A DNA stretch of 64,000 nucleotides, taken from assembly GCA_902608795.1 (NCBI GenBank), contig CACLPI010000001.1:5354-69353 (forward strand), written 5' to 3'. This DNA comes from an uncultured Bacteroidota bacterium. GTDB taxonomy: Bacteria; Bacteroidota; Bacteroidia; Flavobacteriales; Flavobacteriaceae. Each line of letters opens with the position of its first letter. Positions within the stretch are counted from its first letter, which is position 1. The position numbers were made by a program, and so were the translations under genes. Positions 1 through 7,949 of the stretch are shown one piece after another. The notes below the pieces were generated by a model. It saw only the letters and a program-made list of their open reading frames with translations. It had not been told where the DNA came from and searched no databases.

Positions 1-1
1 C

Positions 2-643
2 TGTATCAGAAATGCCACATTAGCTCCAAATAGCAGTAACATGCAATTATGGGAATTTTACCATGTAACTGATAATGAAACATTAAAAAAACTATCAAAA
101 GCATGTTTTGATCAAAATGCTGCTAAAACTGCCGTTAATATGGTTGTATTTGTTGCAAGAAGAGACAAGTGGAGAGAAAGAGCAAAATATAATTTAGATT
201 TCTTGGAACATATGTTTAACAAACAAGAAAAAGAAGGTGTGGATGTTGAGCGAAGAAGAAAAGTTTCAAGAAGATACTATAAAAAATTAATGCCTACAAT
301 TTATACTGATTTTCTAGGAATTGTCGGCTACTACAAAAAAATATTGTCTTTTTTCATAGGCTTATTCAGACCTATCTATAGAGAGGTGTTATTTTCTGAT
401 ACAAAAGTTATAACGCATAAAAGCGTAGCTTTAGCTGCAGAAAATTTCATGCTTAGCATGGCAGAAATAGGATATGATACATGTCCAATGGAAGGTTCTG
501 ATACAACCAGAGTAAAAAAAATCCTTAAACTGCCTTCTAAAGCTGAAATTACAATGATTATTGGATGTGGAATAAGAGCGGAAAATGGGGTCTATACTGA
601 AAGGTTTAGGGTTCCGTTTGATGATGTTTACAAGAAGGTTTAA
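2..643 (+). CDS. Nitroreductase family protein (5' end cut by window edge)
   Basis: The frame of listed ORF 41..643 stays open back to base 2. The upstream codons read CIRNATLAPNSSNMQLWEF, a nitroreductase-type N-terminal motif, so the real start lies left of the window. Confidence 0.8.
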   Translation, partial: CIRNATLAPNSSNMQLWEFYHVTDNETLKKLSKACFDQNAAKTAVNMVVFVARRDKWRERAKYNLDFLEHMFNKQEKEGVDVERRRKVSRRYYKKLMPTIYTDFLGIVGYYKKILSFFIGLFRPIYREVLFSDTKVITHKSVALAAENFMLSMAEIGYDTCPMEGSDTTRVKKILKLPSKAEITMIIGCGIRAENGVYTERFRVPFDDVYKKV

Positions 644-699
644 GATTTTATATGTATTGTTCTTAAAAACCACTATCTTCATTCATTCACCAATTTATT

Positions 700-1962
700 T
701 TGAATAAAAGAGATTTCATAAAGGCACTAGGCGTTATGACATTATCAACGCCATTTTTAAGTTATAAAGGATTCAATCAATCTGAAGATATAGATTATTC
801 TCAAAGAAAAAATCTTAGTGAAGAAAATTTTTGGAAATTAATAAGAAAAGATTACCTGTTAAAAAAAGATTATGTAAATCTTGAAAACGGATATTATTGT
901 TTTATTCCTCAACCAACCCTAAATAAGTATCTAGAACATGTAAAAAGAATAAATTTTGAAGGCTCATATTATATGAGAAATCAACTTGATTTGGATAAAA
1001 GAAAAACAGCTGAAAGGTTATCAAATCTTGTCAATTGTGATAAATATGAATTGGCAATAACCAGAAACACGACTGAATCTCTTGATTTAATAATTAGTGG
1101 CTTCCCTTGGGAAAAAAACGATGAGGCAATTTTTGCAATGCAAGATTATGGATCTATGCAAGAAATGTTCAAGTTAACTGCAAAAAGAAGGGGTATTATA
1201 AATAAAATCATTTCTGTTCCTAACCACCCTAAAAACGATGAAGAAATAGTTTCTTTATATGAGCAACAAATTACCAAAAAAACTAAATTAATCATGGTCT
1301 CACATATGATTAATATCACTGGTCAAATTTTGCCTGTGAAAAAAATATGTGAAATGGCACATTCATACAATATTGATGTTTTGGTTGATGGAGCTCATTG
1401 TGTAGGTCATATTGATGTAGATATCAAAGATTTAAATTGTGATTATTACGGTTCTAGTTTACACAAATGGTTGAGTGCTCCACTTGGAACTGGACTTCTT
1501 TTTGTTAAAAAAGAAAAAATTTCCAAAATTGAACCAATACTTGCTGGACATGTTCATCAAAGAGATAATATTATGAGATTGAATCATATTGGTACTCATC
1601 CTGTCCATTCTGACTTGGCCATCAATGATGCTTTAGATTATTTAAATTCAATTGGTTTAAAAAGAAAAGAAAACAGACTAAGATATCTGCAGAGATATTG
1701 GTCGGATAAATTGAGGAGTAAGAGAAATATAATTATTAATACACCATTAGAAAATTTTAGAAGTTGCGGAATTGCAAATATTGGTGTGAAAAATAAAACA
1801 CCAGATGAGCTATCAAAGATTCTATTCAAAGAATATGGCATATTTACAGTAGCTATAGACTATGCTAATGTTAAAGGATGTAGAATAACTCCAAATATTT
1901 ATACAAATGAAAAAGAATTAGATTATTTTGTTGAATCAATAATTAAAATCACATCTAATTAA
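700..1962 (+). CDS. Aminotransferase class V-fold PLP-dependent enzyme (cysteine desulfurase / isopenicillin-N epimerase-like) with Tat-like N-terminus
   Basis: 420 aa with the SSLHKWLSAPLGTG PLP-lysine region typical of class V aminotransferases. TTG start. N-terminus is MNKRDFIKALGVMTLSTPFL. Confidence 0.8.
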   Translation: MNKRDFIKALGVMTLSTPFLSYKGFNQSEDIDYSQRKNLSEENFWKLIRKDYLLKKDYVNLENGYYCFIPQPTLNKYLEHVKRINFEGSYYMRNQLDLDKRKTAERLSNLVNCDKYELAITRNTTESLDLIISGFPWEKNDEAIFAMQDYGSMQEMFKLTAKRRGIINKIISVPNHPKNDEEIVSLYEQQITKKTKLIMVSHMINITGQILPVKKICEMAHSYNIDVLVDGAHCVGHIDVDIKDLNCDYYGSSLHKWLSAPLGTGLLFVKKEKISKIEPILAGHVHQRDNIMRLNHIGTHPVHSDLAINDALDYLNSIGLKRKENRLRYLQRYWSDKLRSKRNIIINTPLENFRSCGIANIGVKNKTPDELSKILFKEYGIFTVAIDYANVKGCRITPNIYTNEKELDYFVESIIKITSN

Positions 1963-1967
1963 ACAAT

Positions 1968-3461
1968 ATGAAATCAAAATTTTTATTTACTGTTATATTC
2001 TTAATAAGTATATTTTTTTCTTTTGGTCAGGATAAAATTTTAATGGAAGCCTCTAATTCTATTAAAATTGACGAGTTAAAGGAAAAAATGTACATTTATT
2101 CATCTGATGAATTTGATGGAAGGGGTACCCCAAGTAAGGGTCAGCAGCTTGCTGTTGAATATTTAGTAAACCATTATCAAAAATTAGGTATTCAATCTGT
2201 AAAAACAGATACTTATTTGCAATCAGTACCACTCCAATTAGAAGAAAAACCTAACATAAACCTAAATATTTCAGGTCAAAAATTTATTTATTATCAAGAT
2301 TATGTATCCTACCTAAATGGTCCTGACAGAGAATATAAATCTAAAGAAATTGTTTTTGCAGGTTATGGAATTGATGATCCTAATTATTCAGACTATAAAA
2401 ATATTAATGTTAAAGGTAAAGTGGTAGTTGCACTTGGAGGAGAGCCAAAAGATAAGAATGATGAGTATTTTATAAAAGGGGAAAATAAGTCAAAGTGGTC
2501 TATTTTAAGACAAGAGATTGATAATAAAAAAAGAGTAGCAAGGAGTAATGGCGCTTTAGCTCTTATTATTATCGATAATTATCTTCACAGTAGATATAGC
2601 GGTAGATATAGAAGCAGTGACATTGGATATTCCGAAAAAAGAATGGCTCTTTCAAACGATGAGGAAAATAATCTACATGTATTATTATTCCCAGAAAAAT
2701 TTAAAAATTTTTTTTCTGGAGATGATTTAACTTTTAACATGTCGTTTAAGAAAAATATCGAAAAAATTAGTGCGGATAATGTTGCTGCTATTATTGAAGG
2801 CTCTGAATTTCCAAATGAGTATGTAGTCTTAACAGCACATCTTGATCATGTTTTACCTAGAAACGGAAAAATTTATAATGGAGCAGATGACAATGGATCA
2901 GGAACAGTTGCTATGCTTGAAATTGCTGAAGCTTTTGCATTAGCTAAAGAACAAGGTTATTCACCAAAAAGATCGGTTGTTTTCTTACATGTAACTGCTG
3001 AAGAAAGAGGTTTGCTTGGTTCTAAATATTATACAGATTACGACCCATTAGTTCCGATCAAACAAACGATTGCAAATTTAAATATGGATATGATGGGAAG
3101 AGCTGATCCGGAACGTGGTATAAGAAATTTAAATTATGTATACATCATTGGATCTGATGTATTATCAAATGATTTACATGAAATTAATATTGATGCCAAT
3201 AAATATTCAAATCTTGAACTAGATTTTAGATTTAATGGTATTGATCATCCTGACCAATTCTATTACAGATCTGACCATTTCCATTTTATAAAAAACAATA
3301 TACCTGCAATTTTTTATTTCAGTGGAGTACATGAAGATTATCATCAGCCAACAGATACAGCTGAGAAAATCTTATATGAACCATATAATAGAAGAGTTAA
3401 GTTGATTTTTCACACTGCATGGGAGTTAGCAAATAGAGATGAAAAAATAAAATTAAATTAA
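1968..3461 (+). CDS. M28 family metallopeptidase (aminopeptidase) with PA domain, secreted
   Basis: Has a signal peptide and the M28 motifs HLDH, DDNGSGTVAMLEIAEAF and EERGLLGS. Confidence 0.85.
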   Translation: MKSKFLFTVIFLISIFFSFGQDKILMEASNSIKIDELKEKMYIYSSDEFDGRGTPSKGQQLAVEYLVNHYQKLGIQSVKTDTYLQSVPLQLEEKPNINLNISGQKFIYYQDYVSYLNGPDREYKSKEIVFAGYGIDDPNYSDYKNINVKGKVVVALGGEPKDKNDEYFIKGENKSKWSILRQEIDNKKRVARSNGALALIIIDNYLHSRYSGRYRSSDIGYSEKRMALSNDEENNLHVLLFPEKFKNFFSGDDLTFNMSFKKNIEKISADNVAAIIEGSEFPNEYVVLTAHLDHVLPRNGKIYNGADDNGSGTVAMLEIAEAFALAKEQGYSPKRSVVFLHVTAEERGLLGSKYYTDYDPLVPIKQTIANLNMDMMGRADPERGIRNLNYVYIIGSDVLSNDLHEINIDANKYSNLELDFRFNGIDHPDQFYYRSDHFHFIKNNIPAIFYFSGVHEDYHQPTDTAEKILYEPYNRRVKLIFHTAWELANRDEKIKLN

Positions 3462-5785
3462 TCTTTTATATAAAGTGTTTTTTCAATGGTTAAGGTTGTA
3501 TTCTTCAGGTCTTCATTCCGTGATGAATTACCCACATGGATTTCAAAATCGCCAGCCTGAACAATATAATTCATATCTGAATCATAATAAGCAAAAGCTG
3601 ATTTGTTCAATTCAAATATAATTTCTTTTGATTCCCCTGGCTTCAAACTAATCCTCTGGTAGGCTTTTAACTCTTTTACAGGTCTGGTTATACTACTGTA
3701 TTTGTCAGAAATATAAAGCTGAACAATCTCATCACCAGAAATTTCACCGATATTTTTTACATTAACTGAAACACTCAAGATACCTTTTTTAAATTTTGAA
3801 TTGCTTAGCTTTGGTTTGCTAATATCAAATTTTGTGTAGCTGAGTCCAAATCCAAATGAATATAGTGGTCTATTAGTTTGCATAGCATAGTCTCTAAAGT
3901 ACATTGAGTGCTTATGATTATAAAACATCTTTAATTGACCAACTGTCCTGGCTACAGTCAAAGGTAACTTTCCACTTGGATTTATTTTACCAAATATAAT
4001 TTCAGCAACAGCCAAACCACCAAAACTTCCTGGCTCCCATGCTTCAATAATTGCATTAATATTTTCGGATATCCATGGCTCTGAAATTGGTCTTCCATTC
4101 ACATACACAACAATTACATTCTTTCCAGACTCCTTTAATCTCATTGCCAACTCTAATTGCTTTCCTGCTAAATTTAGTTCAGCTCTAGCTGTGTTTTCTC
4201 CTGCTGTTTTTTGATTCCACTTATATCTCATTGAATTATCTCCAATTACAAGTACAACCATATCATATTCATTAGCAACTTCAATAGTTTTATTGATATC
4301 TTTTTCTGAAATCCTCTTAATATTTTCATTGGAATCGTGGTAATCAACTAAATAGCCCATTTCAGTGCCAATTTTTTTAATTCCCTCAAATACTGTATAT
4401 ACATTTTCATGAGGCTGAGCACTGTGCCAATCCCCTAATATTGATTGGTTATTAGCATTCGGTCCAGTTACTAATATTCTATTTTTAGAATTTTTGGGGT
4501 TTCTTAGTGGTAATACATCATTATTTTTTAATAAAACTATCCCCTGTCTAGCTAGTTTTAAAGCTGTTTCTGTGTGATACTGATTAAAAATTTTTTCTGA
4601 AATATCATCTTCATCTACAAATCTATTTTCAAATAGACCCAACTTAAATTTTGCCTCTAATATTTTTGAACATGCATAATTAACCCTTTCTTCTGACAAT
4701 TTACCTTCATTTACTAATTCAACGACTAGTTCAGGAAAGTCTGGACCATGCATATGCATATCAATCCCTGCATCAACTGCAAGATATATGGCTTCTTTGA
4801 AATTTCTTGCAACTTTATGTAGAGTTTCTAATCTTTCAATATCTAACCAATCGCTAACATAAAAACCATCAAATCCCCATTCATTTCTAATAATATTAGA
4901 CATTAGTTTTTTATTTGAATGAGATGGAACACCATTTACCTCATTATGAGCTGCCATAATCGAAAACACACCTGCATCAACAGCACTTTTATAGGGTGGT
5001 AGATATATTTCATTTAAGGTTCTTTCAGAAATATCCATTGGAGAAAAATTTAGGCCATTAATTGGCTCACTACCAGCAATTAGATGTTTTGCACATGCAA
5101 TAACTTTATTAGTTCCTGTAAAATCTCCCTGTTGAAGTCCATTTATCATGGCAACACCCATTTGGGTTACTAGAAATGGGTCTTCCCCAAAGGTTTCACC
5201 AACCCTACCCCATCTTGCATCTCTCATAACATCAATATTGGGTGTAAATGCCCAATGAGAACCTGTAGATCTCATTTCAAAAGCGGTCTGGACTCCAACA
5301 TCATATGAATTATTTTCATCCCAAGTTGAAGCTATTGTTATTGGAGATGGATAAACAGTAGCACCTCTATACAGAGCATTTCCATGTATTGCATCAATTC
5401 CGATAAGTAATGGGATTTTCAACTTAGATTTATTCGCCAACCGCTGTAAATAGTTAGCTTCCTCAGCAGTGATTACATGTAAAAAAGAACCTATTTGTCC
5501 ATTAATTATCATTTGCTTAACATCATCAGAAAACACCCCTTTATAAAAACCTTGAGCATCACTTTTTTTCATATCCTCTGGCAATAAATCTTTTTCTGCT
5601 TTTTTCATATGCTCAAGTCCAACGAACTGGTTCATTTGGCATGCTTTTTCAAAAAGAGTCATTCTACTCATTAAATCTATAATTCTCTCATTATAGTTTA
5701 ATTCACTATTTAAATATGGATAAGCTTTATTCTGAGAGAATATCGAGGAGCATAAAAAAAATATGGTCAGATAGACGAATTTCAT
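3458..5785 (-). CDS. Glycoside hydrolase family 3 beta-glucosidase (BglX-like), periplasmic
   Basis: 775 aa with a signal peptide. GH3 N- and C-terminal domains, the FYVSDW nucleophile region and a C-terminal fibronectin-like domain. Confidence 0.9.
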   Translation of the reverse strand: MKFVYLTIFFLCSSIFSQNKAYPYLNSELNYNERIIDLMSRMTLFEKACQMNQFVGLEHMKKAEKDLLPEDMKKSDAQGFYKGVFSDDVKQMIINGQIGSFLHVITAEEANYLQRLANKSKLKIPLLIGIDAIHGNALYRGATVYPSPITIASTWDENNSYDVGVQTAFEMRSTGSHWAFTPNIDVMRDARWGRVGETFGEDPFLVTQMGVAMINGLQQGDFTGTNKVIACAKHLIAGSEPINGLNFSPMDISERTLNEIYLPPYKSAVDAGVFSIMAAHNEVNGVPSHSNKKLMSNIIRNEWGFDGFYVSDWLDIERLETLHKVARNFKEAIYLAVDAGIDMHMHGPDFPELVVELVNEGKLSEERVNYACSKILEAKFKLGLFENRFVDEDDISEKIFNQYHTETALKLARQGIVLLKNNDVLPLRNPKNSKNRILVTGPNANNQSILGDWHSAQPHENVYTVFEGIKKIGTEMGYLVDYHDSNENIKRISEKDINKTIEVANEYDMVVLVIGDNSMRYKWNQKTAGENTARAELNLAGKQLELAMRLKESGKNVIVVYVNGRPISEPWISENINAIIEAWEPGSFGGLAVAEIIFGKINPSGKLPLTVARTVGQLKMFYNHKHSMYFRDYAMQTNRPLYSFGFGLSYTKFDISKPKLSNSKFKKGILSVSVNVKNIGEISGDEIVQLYISDKYSSITRPVKELKAYQRISLKPGESKEIIFELNKSAFAYYDSDMNYIVQAGDFEIHVGNSSRNEDLKNTTLTIEKTLYIKD

Positions 5786-5802
5786 ATTATAAATTTAATC
5801 TT

Positions 5803-5838
5803 AAAAATAAAAAACCCTCATTTTCATGAGGGTTTTTT
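5803..5838 (-). terminator. Rho-independent terminator hairpin (second of a tandem pair downstream of tRNA-His); usable in both directions
   Basis: aaaaccctcat (5811-5821) pairs perfectly with atgagggtttt (5826-5836) across loop tttc. A/T runs flank both sides. Confidence 0.5.
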
Positions 5839-5891
5839 GTGAAGTAATTAATTAAATATTATTATAATAGTGGAAAAACTTAAAACTTATG

Positions 5892-5915
5892 AAAAAACCC
5901 TCAATTTCTTGAGGG
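5892..5915 (-). terminator. Rho-independent terminator directly after tRNA-His
   Basis: ccctcaa (5898-5904) pairs with ttgaggg (5909-5915) across loop tttc. On the minus strand it is followed by a T6 run (plus-strand A 5892-5897). Confidence 0.55.
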
Positions 5916-5925
5916 CTTACTTTTG

Positions 5926-6000
5926 GGTGGAAGACCGGATTCGAACCGGCGACCTCCTGAACCACAATCAGGCGTTCTAACCAACTGAACTACAACCACC
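5926..6000 (-). tRNA. tRNA-His (anticodon GTG) with encoded G-1
   Basis: The reverse complement folds as a cloverleaf. D arm is GTTC/GAAC, anticodon arm is CCTGA-TTGTGGT-TCAGG (GTG at 34-36), T arm is GCCGG-TTCGAAT-CCGGT. An extra 5' G lies opposite C73. The acceptor stem has two U:U mismatches. Confidence 0.85.
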
Positions 6001-6012
6001 ATAATAGGAGTG

Positions 6013-6020
6013 CAAATGTA
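6013..6020 (-). promoter_or_regulatory. Putative Bacteroidota sigma-A -7 box (TACATTTG) for tRNA-His
   Basis: Exact TAnnTTTG match on the minus strand, 13 nt upstream of the tRNA 5' end. A TTG lies about 19 nt further upstream. Confidence 0.4.
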
Positions 6021-6057
6021 ATTTTTTTGTGTTTCTCAGCAAAACAAGAAATAAAAA

Positions 6058-6774
6058 TTATTTCAAATCGCTAATATTTTCTATTAGAGGCAAACGTGCT
6101 GCAATAAAAGCTTCACCATAATCAACATTAGTTAATCGGCCTAAATCTCTAGCTCTGTATTCAATACTGTCTAAGAAATTTTTTGTTGAAATGGGTGTGC
6201 TATGTACAGTTTCATTTCCGTCATAAAATTGAGACTTAAAAGCCTTGACAGCTTTAATCTTTGTTTGAAAGTGATTGCTAATATCAACAACAAAATCAGG
6301 TTTCAAACTTTTCCATTGTATATAATGATAAATATTAATGGGTCTCCAAGGCTCTTGAACCACACCATCTTCAATAGTTTCAATCTTTTTAAGTCCACTT
6401 AAAAAACAAGCATCAACAACTAACCTAGCACCCTTTGGATGATCAATATGTCTATCATCGGGGGCATTGCATAATATAACATCTGGTCTATATTTTCTTA
6501 TTACTTTAATTAGCTTTAATTGGTGCGCTTCATCATTTTTAAAAAAACCATCTTTGAAGTTTAAATTTTCTCTGAATAAAACCCCTAATATATCAGCTGC
6601 ATTTTTTGCTTCTGAATCTCTGATTTCAGCGGTACCCCTGGTACCTAGTTCACCCCTGGTTAAATCAAGAATACCTACCTTTTTTCCTGTTACAATTTCT
6701 TTTACAATTGTTCCTGAACAACCCAATTCAACATCATCTGGATGTGATCCAATAGCTATAATATCAACTTTCAT
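6058..6774 (-). CDS. bshB1: Bacillithiol biosynthesis deacetylase BshB1 (PIG-L/LmbE family)
   Basis: MKVDIIAIGSHPDDVELGCSGT is the LmbE/PIG-L motif. I chose internal ATG 6774 instead of ORF-track start 6846, which would overlap the upstream gene by 65 nt. Confidence 0.8.
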   Translation of the reverse strand: MKVDIIAIGSHPDDVELGCSGTIVKEIVTGKKVGILDLTRGELGTRGTAEIRDSEAKNAADILGVLFRENLNFKDGFFKNDEAHQLKLIKVIRKYRPDVILCNAPDDRHIDHPKGARLVVDACFLSGLKKIETIEDGVVQEPWRPINIYHYIQWKSLKPDFVVDISNHFQTKIKAVKAFKSQFYDGNETVHSTPISTKNFLDSIEYRARDLGRLTNVDYGEAFIAARLPLIENISDLK

Positions 6775-6781
6775 AACACTT

Positions 6782-7939
6782 TTATTTACAATTGTTAAAT
6801 GCTTGCTCAATATCATTTTGAATGTCGGGTACATCTTCAATACCAACTGAAAATCTAATTAAATTATCAGTAATACCTTGAGCTATTCTATCTTCAGGAG
6901 TTAACAAATAATGGGAAGTTTCTGCTGGAGATAACATAGTACTTTCTACTCCTGCAAAACTCATTGACGGATTAATCATTTTTAATGATTTTAAAAAAGT
7001 TTTTGGATTCATTTTTTTATTCAATTCAAATGAAATTACCGCTCCAAAACCATCCATTTGTTTTTTTGCAATATCATGATTAATATGGTCTTCTAGGCCA
7101 GGGTAAAAAACCTTATCAATGTAATTACACTCTATCAGGTATTTAGAAAGTTCAACTGCATTCTTTTGCTGAGCAAAAAATCTTACAGATAATGTCTTCA
7201 TACTTCTCTCCAAAAGCCATGCTGTATAATCACTAAGACTACCACCAATATTTTTTGAAAGATTCCATATTATTTCCCTGTGTTCAGCTGTTGATGCTAC
7301 AGCACCTGCACATATATCACTGTGACCACCAAAGTATTTAGTTGCACTATGCAATATTATATCAATTCCAAGCTTGTGAGGCTTTTGAATTAAGGGAGTT
7401 GCAAAAGTATTGTCGATAAAAGAAATTAATCCATTGCTCTTTGATAAATCAGCAATTTCTTTAATATCAACAAGTTTTAGTAAAGGGTTTGATGGTGTTT
7501 CAATATAAATAGCCTTTGTGTTTAGCTTTATTTCCTTTTCAAAAGATTTTACTTCTAATCCATCAGTAAAGGAATATTCTATGCCATACCTTTTAAATTG
7601 AGCCTCAACAAGATTTCTAGTACCTCCATAAATATCATTTTGAATTACAATATGATCTCCTGAACTTAGAAAAGCAAGTAATGAAGTACTAATCGCAGCC
7701 ATTCCAGAGCCTAAAATAATAGCATCTTCCGTTTCCTCAAGAGCAGCTATTTTTTTTGCTAGAAATTCTTGATTTGGAGTTGAACTATATCTTGGATATC
7801 TATCAACTTCTTTATCAATATATTTATATGATGTTCCAGGGTATATTGGGGAAACTGAACCTCCATACTGTTCATCTTTAACTTGACCTACGTGGGTACA
7901 TATAGTATTTACTCCCTTAAATATAATTTCATCAGACAT
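6782..7939 (-). CDS. Cys/Met-metabolism PLP-dependent trans-sulfuration enzyme (cystathionine gamma-synthase / beta-lyase family)
   Basis: 385 aa with the SATKYFGGHSD PLP-lysine motif and ETPSNPLLK, typical of the PF01053 family. Confidence 0.85.
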   Translation of the reverse strand: MSDEIIFKGVNTICTHVGQVKDEQYGGSVSPIYPGTSYKYIDKEVDRYPRYSSTPNQEFLAKKIAALEETEDAIILGSGMAAISTSLLAFLSSGDHIVIQNDIYGGTRNLVEAQFKRYGIEYSFTDGLEVKSFEKEIKLNTKAIYIETPSNPLLKLVDIKEIADLSKSNGLISFIDNTFATPLIQKPHKLGIDIILHSATKYFGGHSDICAGAVASTAEHREIIWNLSKNIGGSLSDYTAWLLERSMKTLSVRFFAQQKNAVELSKYLIECNYIDKVFYPGLEDHINHDIAKKQMDGFGAVISFELNKKMNPKTFLKSLKMINPSMSFAGVESTMLSPAETSHYLLTPEDRIAQGITDNLIRFSVGIEDVPDIQNDIEQAFNNCK

Positions 7940-7949
7940 TTAGTCTAAT

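Noticed and set aside
5839-5897. Possible small RNA between the two tandem terminators downstream of tRNA-His.
   Set aside because: There is no exact -7 box on either strand (best is TAAGTTTT). The segment is only about 58 nt of AT-rich sequence with no stable structure beyond the terminators.
5786-6057. tRNA genes (His here, CAT at 28247-28320) as potential integration sites for genomic islands.
   Set aside because: No integrase or recombinase is present. I could not find a direct repeat of either tRNA 3' end nearby. The flanking genes on both sides are ordinary core functions.
6202-6850. ORFs 6202..6402 (66 aa) and 6467..6850 (127 aa) on the plus strand, opposite bshB1.
   Set aside because: They lie entirely antisense to a well-supported gene. 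The sequences are low-complexity, Ser/Phe/Leu/Ile-rich, with no motifs. This is the typical shadow ORF of the complementary frame.
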